Positions 25,700-38,390 of a stretch of 64,000 bases of DNA are shown here, in pieces. Position 1 is the first letter of the stretch. Each line of letters starts with the position of its first letter. Under the pieces are notes generated by a model, which was not told the DNA's origin, did not search any database, and worked only from the letters and a program-made list of their open reading frames with translations. Location: NCBI RefSeq assembly GCF_009914755.1, contig NC_060925.1, one strand, 5' to 3'. A program made the translations under genes and the position numbers. Origin of the DNA: the human T2T-CHM13v2.0 reference genome, Homo sapiens.

Positions 25700-26755
25700 A
25701 GTATGCAGCCTCTCAGATGGCCCCCAATGCTCCCAGGCTTCTGGTATTTGAACCTTTGTGTAATGTCCCTACTTTGAGTGTGGGCTGGATGTATGGACTT
25801 GCTTTGAAAGAGCAGAATATGCCAGAAGTGATGGGACATCACTTCTGAGAATAGGTTACATAAAGACTGTGGCTTCTGTCTTAGGTGTCCTCCATCACTC
25901 TCTTGCTTGCTCTGAAAGAAGCCAACAGCCATGTTGTGAGTTGGTCTCCAGAGAGACCCACTGTGGTGAATCTGAGGATTTGGAGACTAATTCAGGAAAT
26001 GACAGAACCATGATATGGCAGTATTGCAAAACTTTTATTAGGTGGTGCCTTGACAGAGTTGCATGTGAAGTAAAGTCCTTCACAGTGGGAGGCTTTCCAG
26101 AAATAGTGACCTGGGACCACCACCCAGAAAAGGCAAAGGGCAAGGGAGAGGAGAATCAAAGAACGGGCTTACATGTTTAGTGTTGTCACTCAGTGGCAAA
26201 GTGGGGAGACTGTGGGTCAGAGAGCTCCAAGGTTTGTCTAAAGTATGGCTAGCTGATTTTGAGTGCAATTTCATGGGGTACATAAAGGAAGGAGGCTCTA
26301 AATGGCTAAAAACACACTTATTTGGGTTATTTCATTTAATGGATCTGTAAAAATTTGAGTTTGTTGTCAGTAGCTTTGAGCTACTTGTCCTAGCCTTCTT
26401 GTTTAAAAAGTAAACAATATTAGGCCACTACATTAACATAAGGGCAATCTTTGGTGCGTTTATGTAACACCCACATGACATGAAACTGATTTTTTTTCAA
26501 ATAAGAGTCAAAGAAAATTTAAGGCCTGTCAACAACCACCTGAGTGAACTTGGAGGCAGATCATTCCCCATGCAAGCATTGAGATGACTTTAGTTTCAGT
26601 TGGTAGTTTGATTGCAGCCTCATGAAAGGTCTTGACCCGGAGGAATTGAGATATATCATGCTCAGAAGTTAGATCCACAGACACTGTAAGATATTCAATG
26701 ACTGTTGTTTTAAGCCACTAAGTTTAGAGTAATTTGTTTCCCAGTAGCTATTACC
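25700..26755 (+). mobile_element. MaLR LTR, MLT1F/G-type, split by an insertion
   Basis: 'agatggcccccaatgctccc...ctggtatttg' start; 'tgttgttttaagccactaagttt...taatttgtt' end; unrelated ~530 bp between the halves. Confidence 0.75.
25972..26499 (-). mobile_element. Unclassified LTR-like insert nested in MLT1
   Basis: TG...CA bounded; reverse polyA signal (ttttatt) about 60 bp from the left end; interrupts MLT1; no clear TSD. Confidence 0.45.
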
Positions 26756-27650
26756 AGAGAGGATAACCTTTGGCTATCTTTATCTAGGGCACTTTGAGAT
26801 GGTTATTGCTGTTTCAAATTTATATATATATATCATTTTTCCAAGTTGAAGTGAATCATAATTCATTTAGTAAAATGAATGCTCACTATACTATTCACAT
26901 GCAATAGTATAATTTTGTATTAAAGACTAAATATCTTTTATTATGTATTTATTAAGATAATGATAACACTTAGAGAAGTTCAAAAATACATAAAGCATCT
27001 AAGAAGAAAAAAATATTTCTTGTCTAATGGAGTTCAAAATCACTATCATGGTTGGTGACTGGCTTTCTTTTAGGCAGAGATGTAGGAACAGGCTTCTTCT
27101 ATTTACCACTTTCCAGAAATGTTTTCCAAAGTTACCATCCTCATTTGTATCAAGGTAGCATAAGGAGGAAAATTGAAGCCAAAATAAAGAGTGGAAAAGA
27201 AGTATCTACTCCTTAACTGCTTTGTTCTAAAAATGTTTCCTTCCATCAAATGCAGTTAGTAAGTTTTAGTCATATTATTCCATCTAAATAAAAATGTAGG
27301 GCTAGAAAATGCAGTTTTGGGCCAGGCATTTAATTTCCTGACAATACATTATTGTTAAGAGAGTATGCATATTTGGTTCCCCTTTATGGATACATATATT
27401 TCCAGATACTGAATGGGATATATTTGCCCCCTCCCCAAGAGTAACAACACAAAGTATAACATGATTTAGACTGTAAAAATTGTTGGTCTTTGTGCTGGTA
27501 TGCCTGATGACAAAAGGACAATATTATATTGAATATAGAAAGATGTAACAATATGTTTCATCAATATTCATTTTTCATCCATCTTTTAATATTCAGATGT
27601 TACTTTGTTCCTTGCTGTGAACATGCATAGCTCAAGATTTTCTTTATGTG

Positions 27651-28200
27651 TATGATGGTTAATGTTGAGTGTCAACTTGATTGGATTGAAGAATACAAAG
27701 TATTTTTCCTGGGTGTGTCTGTGAGGGTGCTGCCAAAGGAGATTAATATTTGAGTCAGTTGACTGGAAAAGGTAGACTCACCCTCAGTCTGGATGGACAC
27801 CATCTAATCAGCTGCCAGCACGGCTAGAATAAAGCAGGCAGAAGAAAGTGGAATGAGGCTTGACGTGCTGAGTCTTCTGGCTTTTATCTTTCTCCCGTTC
27901 TGGATGCTTCCTGCCCTTGAACATCAGACTCCAACTTCTTCAGCTTTTGGAATCTTGGACTTACACCAGTGATTTGCCAGGGACTCTAAGGCCTTTGGCC
28001 ACAGACTGAAGGCTCCACTGTCTGCTTCTGTACTTTTGAGGTTTTGAGACTCAGACTGGATTCCTTGCTCCTCAGCTTGCAGACAGCCTCTTGTGAGACT
28101 TCACCTTGTAATCATGTGAGTCATTTCTCCTAGTAAACTCCCCTTCATATACACATATATCCTGTTAGTTCTGTCCCTTTAGAGAACCTTGACTAATACT
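27651..28200 (+). mobile_element. HERV-L solo LTR, MLT2A2-type
   Basis: 'gatggttaatgttgagtgtcaacttgattggattgaag' ... 'agagaaccttgactaatac'; clearly homologous to the LTRs at 44478 and 47869. Confidence 0.9.
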
Positions 28201-28895
28201 GTGCTTAAGTCTTCCTTTAAATCAAGACAAGAAAATGCCAATAAAGTTAGATGCATGCTTTTTAAAGCCAAGAAGTTTGAAAGAGGAAGCAGTAAATACC
28301 TAGTTAGCAAAGGTATGACTACACAGGGTTTTTTCTTTTTTGCATTTAATGCATGTATGGTACATTTGGGATATCAAAATAATAGGTTTTAAGTTTGATA
28401 TATGCCACCTACATACCAGATGTGGAATTCCAATGTCTCCATATGAGATTACAGTTCCAAGGAAATTCATTTTGACAATAAAATGTAACACTCCATTGTC
28501 AGCTCTTTACCACAATCTTGCCAACCTATGCCAAGAAAATTAATTATAAATAAATCAAGCAGACGCCACAGCACCTTATATCAGACTAAGTCTACAACCA
28601 ATATAAATATGAAGAATGAAAAAAATATTTAGAACCACTTGAAGAAATTTGAGGGAAACATATACAGGCAAGGCTTGAGGACATTACTTAACAGAAAGAA
28701 CAAGCAGGTTAAGCTTCATATTTATGATTGCTTTGTCTTTGAGGAAATTTTCCAAATCACAGCAATGAATAAGTAGGTTCCAAGCTGAAGGCAGCACTTT
28801 TTACAGGACTGAAAGGCAGAGTTTAAAGTGCAAGTCTGTCTCAACATGACTAGGACTTGAAGATGACAAAATCCCAAAGAGTGGGGGAAACATAT

Positions 28896-29476
28896 TGTAG
28901 CAGACAGACTCTAAAAGGCCCTCCAAATCCTCATCTCCTTGTATTCATGGCTTTGTTGAATCTTCTCTCTTAGTTGTGTGGGCAAGATTCATAATTTGCT
29001 ACCAACCAATGGAGTAAAGCAAAGATGATAATCACTTCCATGATCATATTACATGAGATTGTATTTTTCATCTTGCTAGAAGACTCTCTTTTTTGCTGGC
29101 TTTGAAGAAGCATAATGTCATCTTGGGGAACCCAAGAATCTGAGAGAAGTCTCCAACTAATCATCAGCTAGGAATTGGGGTAACCTCTTCCTGGCAACCA
29201 GCAAGAAAATGAGGCCTCCAACCTTACATCAAATAATTGAATTGTCATAACTACCATGTGAGCTTGGAAGTGAATCCTGCCCCAGTTCTGCCTTGAGATG
29301 AGACTACATTACCAACCAACACTTCTATTACAGCCTCATGAAGCTTTGAAACAGAAGCGCCAACTAAGTTGTAACCAGACTCCTAATTAACAGAAGCTGT
29401 GTGGTAATAAATGCATGCTATTTTATGCAAATAATTTTGTGGTAACATTGTTATGCAACAATAAATAAATAATGTA
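28896..29476 (+). mobile_element. MaLR LTR, MLT1E/F-type
   Basis: tgtagcagacagactctaaa start; '...tgtggtaacattgttatgcaacaata' end. Confidence 0.7.
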
Positions 29477-29534
29477 AACAATTTAAGAGTCTATTCACCA
29501 ATTATCTTCAATTATCTTTTCTACTCTGTTTTAT

Positions 29535-29732
29535 GCAAAGAATTGGCTAGTAGATATCACAGGCTTTGAGGATGATATGTTATATCTGGCAACAACTCAA
29601 CTCTGCTGTTGTTATGCAGCAGTCATAGGCAATACATACATAAATGAGTGTGGCTGTTTTCAATATGAGTTTATTTAGAAAAGCAGGTGATAAGCTATAG
29701 CTGGTCTTTGAGCCATGGCTTGCTAATTCTAG
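29535..29732. mobile_element. MER58-like hAT MITE
   Basis: 'caactcaactctgctgttg...gcagtcataggcaatac...aaatgagtgtggctgttttcaata' core. Confidence 0.7.
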
Positions 29733-29739
29733 GTCTAAA

Positions 29740-30560
29740 ACTACCAGATAAAAAACAGATTCAGAGATTAAATATAAAAACAAAAGCCAGCTCTATACTT
29801 TCTCTGTTATTAATAGAGTAAGCAGGTAGAATATCAATATCAAGTAAGCAGGATATCAAGGCTATGGATGACCTGGAGACAAACAACAAATTTGTCCTAA
29901 TAAACATTTATATAATACTTTATGCAATAGCAGAACATACATTTTTACCCATGTCATAGGAAGAATTAACCTTAGCAATGTTAAAACCATAGACTTTAAC
30001 AAATTTAAAAACTAGTACAAGTCATATAAAATATTTTATTGGTTCATAACAAAATTAAACTAGATACCAGTAACAGAAATATATGTAAAAATTCCTAAAT
30101 ATTTAGAAATTTATGATGCATTTCTAAGTGAGATGAACAAAAACTATTTTAGGCTACGTGAAAACAAGAATGCAACTTATCAAAATTTTAAATATTCATG
30201 TTAGATGATAATTTATAATATTAAATGCATTTGTTAGAAAAGAAGAAATATCTAAATCAGTAAACTAAACTTTTGGAAAATGAAAGTAAGAAGAGCAACT
30301 TATATCTAGAATAAGCAGAAAGAACAGAATAATGAATATTATAGCAGAAAACAAAAAAATGGAAAGAGAAAACAACATAGAAAATAATTGAAAGCAAAAG
30401 CTCAACGATAGTTCTGTAGCCAGCCTAAGGAAGAAAAAAGAGGGAGAGGAAGAACACAAATTGCCAATATCAGAAATGAGAGAAAACCATCACTACTGAT
30501 CCCACAGACACTAGATGAATAATCCAGAAATTTTGTGAAATCACTATAAGCTAAATAATT
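29740..30560 (+). mobile_element. Old L1M ORF2 fragment
   Basis: A-rich endonuclease-region sequence; 'ccaatatcagaaatgagag...catcactactgatcccacagaca'. Confidence 0.75.
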
Positions 30561-31114
30561 CCCAGAGCTCAAAAATAATTCCTGGTGTTAACAAGCCAGC
30601 ATGGAGCAGTCTCATTGAACACTGGAGCTATCCATAGTAACACCAGAAAGAGGACCGAAATATATGAAGATTAAAAGCTATTTTAGACCTGTCCTAATAA
30701 AGCTTAAAACTGGCCTAAATGTGATAAAGCTGATCTGAAAGTAATTTAAGTGCCTTTCATTTAAAAAGTAACATTTTATCCAGAAAATCATAATGTAAGA
30801 TTAATGATAGGCAATAGTCTTTCAAAAAATATGAGATGCAAAGTAACAGAAGAGAAGGACCCACAAGCAAGTGAAAAATCAGTCATAAAATCAGGCCTAA
30901 AAAAGAACTGAATTCATGGAATTGGAAGATAAAGATGTCAAAATATTTTAAATAAATTACCTAAAGAGTCACGTAAACTTAGTGAAAAAAGAAAAAAAAA
31001 GCCCTTCTAAGGGGGTAAAATGCAATTATCTGAAATGAAAAATTTATTGGCTATGCTTAATGCCAGATTAAAGAACTCCTAAGAAAAGATCAGAAAATGA
31101 ACAGGGTGCAATTT

Positions 31115-31788
31115 TACTCTGCTGCTCAGTTTTCCCAGCACCATTTGTTGAGGAGACCATTCTTTCCCCATCCTATATTCTTGGCACTCTTGTGGAAAAG
31201 CAGTTGATTGTATATACTTGGGTTTATTTCTGGGTTCTCTATTCTGTTCTATTGGTTTATATGGGCCCCATTTTTATGTCAGTAGCATACGGTTTTAATT
31301 ACTGTAGCACCATAATATATCTTTAAATCAGGAAATTCCATGCCTCCAGCTTTGTTCCTCTTTCTCAAGATAACTGGATATTTGGAATCATTTGTGTTTC
31401 CATGTAAATTTTAGAATTGTTTTCCTATTTGTGTAGAAATGTCATTATTATTTTGATATGGACTGCATTGAATTTGTACAACACTTCGGGTTTGGGGCAT
31501 TTTAGCAATAGTAAACTCGCCAATCCATGAACACAGGGTGTCTTTCCATTTATTTGTGTCTTTTAAATTTTCTTTTATCAATAATTTATAGTTTTTAAGG
31601 TATAAGTCCTTCACTTTCTTGGTTAAGTTTGTTTCAAAGTATTTTATTCTTTTTGATGTGATACTAAATAAAATTATTTTTTAATTTCTTTTTGAGATAG
31701 TTTGCTGTTAATGTATAGAAAGAAAACTGATTTTTTATATTAATATTTTTAACCTGCAACTTGGCAGAACTAGTTTATTAGTTCTAAA

Positions 31789-31826
<38 letters not shown>

Positions 31827-32695
31827 AGTCTGTAGGATTTTCTGTTTAGAAGACCAAGTCATCTGCAAGCAGAGATAATTGTACTTATTCCTTTCCAGTT
31901 TTGATGTCATTTATCACTTTTTTTTCTAATTGTTTTGGTTGACTTCCAGCACTAAATTAAATAGAGGTGGTAAGAATGGGCATCACCATATCCAAAATCA
32001 CCTCAGAATGGATTAAAGAATTATACATAAGACCTAACACTGTAAAGAGGTATCTGTGTATTCACATTAATTGCACTGTTATTCACAGTAGCCAAGATAT
32101 GGAAATAACTTAAATGTCTGTGGACAGATGGATGATTAATAAAAATATGATATATACAGACAATAGAATATTTTCAGACTTTTAAATGAAGGAAAGCCTG
32201 CCATTTGTGACAACATGGATGAGCCTGTAAGACATTATCTAAGTGAAATAAGCCAGTCACAGAAAAAAAGAAATGCAGCATGGTTCCACTTTTATGAGAG
32301 CTTTCTCACTTACTGAATTAGTTTATTAGTTCTAACAGATTGTTTTGTATATGTGGAGTCCTTAGGATCATGTGAAATAGTCAAGCCCATAGACACAGAA
32401 AATTAAATGCTGTTTACCAGGACTTGGGGACAGGTAAAATTGAGGAGCTGTTCAACTGGTATAAAGTTTCAGTTATGTAAGATGACTAAATTCTACAGAT
32501 CTCCTATAAAACATAGCACTTATAGTTAACAATAAAAGTGGGAACACAAGAAAATTTTTGAAGGTGATGTACACATCTATTACCTTTATTGTGGTAACTG
32601 TCTCACAGATGCATGCATATGTCCAAACTCATGAAATTGTATACATTAAATATGTGTAGTATTTGCATGTCAATTATAACTCAACCTGTTTTTTA
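31115..32695. mobile_element. L1MA8/9-type element with 5' inversion (twin priming)
   Basis: Antisense ORF2 at 31115-31983 joined to sense ORF2 end and 3' UTR at 31984-32695. Confidence 0.75.
31792..31823. repeat. (TG)n microsatellite
   Basis: About 16 units, seen directly. Confidence 0.95.
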
Positions 32696-32889
32696 AATAT
32701 TAGTGAACTATAAGATATAGTATTCCAGTTATCCAGACTATTAAAACAGAGAATGTTTTTTAAAAAGAAGAAATGAAAAAAGAAAGATATTCTTTGTGAA
32801 ATAGTATGGTTTACTATATATGTAATTGGATTTCAAGAAGAAGAGTGGGAGATAGAAAATATTTGAATAATATGTGAATAAATAGTGGC

Positions 32890-33449
32890 TATGATGGTTA
32901 ATTTTTGTCTCAACTTGACAGGACTAAGGGATGCCCAGATAGCTGGTAAAGCATTATTTCTGGATGTGTTTGGGAGGGTGTTTCCAGAAGAAATTAGCAT
33001 TTGAATCAATAGACTGAATATCTGCCCTCATCAATGTGAGTGGGCATCACCCAGTATGTTAAGGGCCCACTCTAATAGAATAAAGAGGAAGAAGAATTCT
33101 CCCATATTGAGCTGGGAAAGCTACCTTCTCTTGTTCTGGGACACCAGAGCTCCAGGTTTTTGGGCCTTTGGATTCTAGGACTCACCAGTAGTTTTCCTGA
33201 GTTCTCAGGTCTTTGGCCTTGGACTCTGAGATGCATTATTGGCTCCCAGGTCCTCAGGACTTCAAACTTGAACTGAATTATACCACCCATTTTCCTGGTT
33301 CTTCTGCTTGCACACAGCACATTGTGGGACTTCTCCACCTTCATGATCATATTCATGTCAGCCAATTCCCATAATTAATCTTTTATAGATCTTTTAAACA
33401 TAAATATATCCTATTGGTTCTGCCTCACTGGAGAGCCCTAACTAATAGA
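32890..33449 (+). mobile_element. ERVL solo LTR, MLT2B/C/D-type
   Basis: 'gatggttaatttttgtctcaacttgac...gggatgcccagatagctggtaaagc'; perfect 5-bp TSD gtggc. Confidence 0.9.
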
Positions 33450-34425
33450 GTGGCTAAATAATGTCCAAAACTGATGAGCATTATAAACTCACAGATCCAA
33501 TAAATTTGTGGAAAAATAAACTAAGTCTTCTAGAAATATAGTGTTCTTTTGTTCTGAGGCAAGAAATTGGTGTATGTATGTCTGGAGTTAGCGAAAGAAG
33601 AGACAACAAATGATGCGTCTGTCTTGGAATGTCTGCAGTACTGCACAAAAGACATCCTTACATTTTTTAATAGAACATCCTATTAACACATCACATATAT
33701 CCATCAATAGGATGTAGGTAATCAAAAAGATAAAAATGCAAAAACCAATTTATAAAAATAAATACAAGTACTTGTAAAAGCAACACAAAATAAATCTCTT
33801 CAGTAGTGAAATAAATGCAAATGTAAACAAAAGATAATTTTTACCATAAAACTGAGACAGTTTGATTTTTTTTTGTTTTTATGTTTACTTGAGTGATGAT
33901 ATCCAATCTCTCCTAACTGTTTGGAATAAATGCAATGCCGTATAGTATTTGCAGACATTGACTTATAGGCATCATATAGAATACTATAAATACTTGAGGA
34001 ATCAACATATAGAAATTATTAGCAATCAAATAAAATTAATTATCTCAATGTGTATGCTCTTGAGATGGCAAAAACAGTTTTCTTTTATTCCTTGCCAGTC
34101 AAAATATATAAATATTATTTATATGAGACTTTTGCCATCTTCCCAAGATACAATATAACGTGTGTCTAGATTTTCCTCTAAACCTTGATATTTTTGTATT
34201 TACAAAAGCGGTTATTTACAAAAGGGTATATAATTATTTGGTGTCAGTATTTGGTATTTATAAAAGGCTATAGACACCTTTTGTGTGGACTATATGGATA
34301 TCTATTAACATATTACTTCATTTTAATTTATGAATTCCTTAAATGCTTTGCTCTCTTAAAATGAGTCCCAGAAGAAGCATCAGACTCTTTATGTCTGAAT
34401 ATACATCTATATTTTATATGTATAT

Positions 34426-34832
34426 TGACATAGGTTGGATATTTGTCCCTGCCCCAATCTCATGTTGAATTATAATCCCCAATGCTGGTGGTAGGGCCTG
34501 GTGGGAGGTGTTTGTATCACGGGGGCAGATCCCTCATGAACGTCTTGGGCCATTCGTTTGGTGATAAGTGAGCTCTTGCCCTGAGTTCACAGGAGGTCTG
34601 GTGGTTTAAAAGTGTGTGGCACCATCCCCTCACTCTGGTTTGCTTCTGCTCTTGCCACATGACATGCAAGCTCCCACTTCACCTTCCATCATGAATAGAA
34701 ATTTTCTGAGGCCTCATTAGAAGCCATGTTTCCTGTATAGCCTGCAGAACCATGGGCCAATTAAACCTTTTTTCTTTACAAATTACCCAGTCTTAGGTAT
34801 TTCTTTAAGCAATGCAAGAATTGTCTAATATA
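34426..34832 (+). mobile_element. MaLR solo LTR, MSTA-type
   Basis: Typical MST body, 'ccaattaaaccttt...aaattacccagtcttaggtatttcttt'; TSD tatat (low complexity). Confidence 0.9.
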
Positions 34833-36743
34833 TATATAGTCTATATCTGTATCTATATAGATACAGATAGAATTATCACAGTGGATATAACATATAAAAT
34901 TAGAAAGAGAAAATTTTGATTATTAATGCTGATTAAACATCAGCGACTTACCACTCTGTTTTAAAAGAAGGGATTTACCTGTCCTTGAATTAAATTTATT
35001 ATATATTTCTTATAGATTAGTTCATGAAATACTCTCTCATGTGGACTGCTACATTTTAATTAGAACTATAATAACTGATCTCAGTCGAGATAAATTTGCT
35101 TCAAGTTTATATATTTTCAAATTGCTTTTGTATATAGAAGCTCACTTCATCTTAAAAGTACCTTATATATCACCAGCAAATGTTTTAATAAAACCATTTT
35201 AAATATAATTAATCAGGTCAGTAAGTTTGTACCAAACACTGGGATATTAATCCACTTAATCCAGTATTCTTTTCTCCTTAGCAGTGATTTATGAATGTCT
35301 TTTTAAAGTTTCACAAGGTACAAAGAAACTCAGTAAGCATCATTTTTGCCTCTGATTACCACTCATGATAATATAGGTGGTTGTGAACCTTTGTTTTCAG
35401 ATGATTCATGCATTTCAGAATAACAAGAAATGGAAGAGTGTCTTTAATTTTAAATAATAGTTATAGATTTAATAAATTTTTGCCAGCAACAGAATTAGAA
35501 CTATATTTATTGTAAGTATTCATGAAGATTTTAGACAATGAGCTAGCCTTTTGAGTCCTACCTAAATTTCAGCATAAGCTTAAATGACAATATTGTTTAT
35601 TTATGTTTCAATTTCTCATTCTTTATACTTCACTGCCTTCAGATATGTAGAGAATCGGAGCTTAATTACTCTGATAGGCTTATTCTAATTTCCCTAGAGC
35701 AAATTAAATATATATATATGCAAATAGGATGGTGTTTCACAGTTTGACTATGATTAATACTGGCGGTTATACTATACAGCATATATATAAGAAAAATATG
35801 TTGTATGTTATAGTATTATATCAAATAATCCTTACATATATTTCAAATCTTTCTATTTATATGCCATATAGTAAGTGCATACAGAACATATGTACATATA
35901 TAATGTATAATACATGGAATTTATAATTAATATTATACATAGCTTATTATATATTTTATGACAAATATGAATTTTATATAGTATGCATTCTTATGTGCAT
36001 TTTTAAATGAATTTAGCATGAATTTTATTTGCGCTCAGGAGTCAGAAAAATACAAATATCTGAAGATACTCAATCTCATTTTCTTTGTAGACATGGCATC
36101 TTATTCAGTAAGATATCAGAGATAAAAAGATAACCAATATTTTTATAATCATAAGTGCTGTAATGAAGAAGAGAAAGGTTAGTAAGCTTTATTTATACCC
36201 AAAACCAAATATACCCAGGATAATGACAAATATTAATAGGTTTTGAGGAGTGACTTGAAATCTTATCTGCAGATTAGTACCCTCTCTTAACTACTGCATC
36301 CATGAAAAATTTTGTGTATGCCATGATGAGATTTAGATAGAGACCCCTTTATCTCTCATTCATTCGAGGATTACATAGAATTGTGTTGAGGGAGCCCTGA
36401 CACAGGATACCTTTGACGTGTCCAATGGTTGAATTACTTAAAAAGGAGATTAAAGACAGAGTAAATAATTAAGAATTTAAAAGTATTTTCAAACTCTTTT
36501 AAGCCTGTCATTTCATTTCAAATTTCAATTAGAGAATATAATTAGAATAAAGCTGAAATCCCAGACATTTAAAGTGTTCCAAAAAAGTCAATAAGGAATG
36601 TTTTGATTACTAAAGTTTTTATTTTATAAAAACTATGCATAGACTAGTCTGATGCATAGTCCATGTACAAAATAGCAACTTGTTTTGTCTTGCTTTAAAG
36701 CTCAAATTCAATGTACTGAGTTATTCCAAATGAATTAACCATT

Positions 36744-36783
36744 TGTATTACTCAGGGTGCTCTAGAAGATCAAAACTAATGGA

Positions 36784-36827
<44 letters not shown>

Positions 36828-37102
36828 TTATATATGTATATATGTATATGTACATATATTTATATATATATGTATATGTACATATATTTATATATATTTA
36901 TATATGTATATATATTTATATAGGTATATATATTTATATATGTATATATTTATATATGTGTATATATTTATATATATTTATATATGTGTATATATTTATA
37001 TATTTATATATGTGTATATATTTAAATATATATTTATATATGCATATATATTTATATATATATTTATATATGCGTATATATTTATGTATATGTATATATA
37101 TT

Positions 37103-37166
<64 letters not shown>

Positions 37167-37496
37167 GGAGTTGAGGAGCAGGGACAGCCAGTCTGAGTTC
37201 CAAAACTGAAAAACTTGGAGTCCAATGTTCTAGGGCAGGAAACATCCTGCACGGGAGACAGATATAGGCTGGAAGGCTAGGCCAGTCTCTCTATTCAAAT
37301 TTTTCTGCCTGCTTATATTCTAGCCACACTGGCAGCTGATTAGATTGTGTCCACCCAGATTAAGGGTGGGTCTGCCTTTAGCAGCCTACTGACCCCAATG
37401 TTATTCTCCTTTGGCAACACCCTCACAGACACACCCAGGATCAATACTTTGTATCCTTCAATTCAATCAAGTTGACACTCAGTATTAACCATCACA
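36744..37496 (-). mobile_element. HERV-L solo LTR, MLT2A1-type, with expanded microsatellite
   Basis: Ends '...ttgacactcagtattaaccatcaca' (reverse complement of the MLT2A start); perfect TSD ccatt. Confidence 0.92.
36784..37166. repeat. Compound microsatellite (TG)16 - degenerate TA - (CA)23
   Basis: Seen directly; accounts for the spurious 143-aa and 125-aa ORFs. Confidence 0.95.
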
Positions 37497-37829
37497 CCAT
37501 TTAATTAGGAGCTATAAGGGTCAGTATGAATGTATCATATACTTCCTGTGCAAACATAGTTAATAAGCATGGACTAGAGAAGTACAGAGTGATGTAAAAT
37601 TATTAGCTTTCATTATGATACTACTGATAAGGGTATATAGCTTTAAATTCTCATTTGCAGTTTGCCAAAACTTAAACCATTAAAATTGCTAAAGTAATTT
37701 CAAGAAAAACAGGTAATCTAAATTATCTAAATTTCAAAAAATATAGGTTATCCAAACTAAAGTGACAGTGTAGTGTAATAAAAAAATGAGGGTGCATTTA
37801 TGTTTATTTATATGTGTGTGTGTGTAAAT

Positions 37830-38390
37830 TTGAGCCAGACTAAAATAGGTTTATTTTTAGCTCTGGAATTTATTTGGTGGCATTGTGAAAGTTACTTAAT
37901 TTCTTTCAGACAAAGTTTTCTTTTCTCTAAACTAGTATTGTGACATGGATTGGCTGTGTCCCCACCCAAATCTCATATTGAATTGTAGCTCCCATAATCC
38001 CCGTGTCTCGTGAGAGGGACCAGGTGGACCTAAGTGAATCATGAGGCAATATCCCTGCATCCTGTTCTCGTGATAGTGAGTTAGTTCTCATGAGATATGA
38101 TGGTTTTATAAGGCGCTTCCCCCTTTGCTGAGCACTCATTCTTCTGCTGCCCTGTGAAAAGTTGCCTTCTGCCATGATTATAAGTTGCCTGAGCCCTCCC
38201 CAGCCATGTGGAACTGTGAGTCAATTAAACCTCTTTCCTCTATAAATAACCAAGTTCTTTATAGCAGCATGAAAATGAGCTAATATGTATTGATAATAAC
38301 TACATTGCAATATTTTTGTAGATATTCATATTAATATATGTAAGTCTCTCCCTCAGTGCTGGGCACATAGAAAGACTCACTATAAGCTAT
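37830..38390 (+). mobile_element. MIR relic split by THE1
   Basis: 'aagttacttaatttctttcag...ttttcttttctctaaac' continues as 'gataataactac...cagtgctgggcacatag'. Confidence 0.6.
37941..38287 (+). mobile_element. MaLR solo LTR, THE1C/D-type
   Basis: 'ggctgtgtccccacccaaatctcat...cccagccatgtggaactgtgagtcaattaaacctc'; perfect TSD tattg. Confidence 0.92.

Larger units (their letters stand above)
30570..33505 (+). mobile_element. Old L1M 5'/ORF1 host fragment, interrupted by younger elements
   Basis: ORF1-like pieces at 30840-31095, 32700-32889 and 33450-33505 read collinearly once the inserts are removed. Confidence 0.6.

Noticed and set aside
36743-37174. 143-aa and 125-aa ORFs
   Set aside because: Translations of dinucleotide repeats (CV/YI/HT runs)
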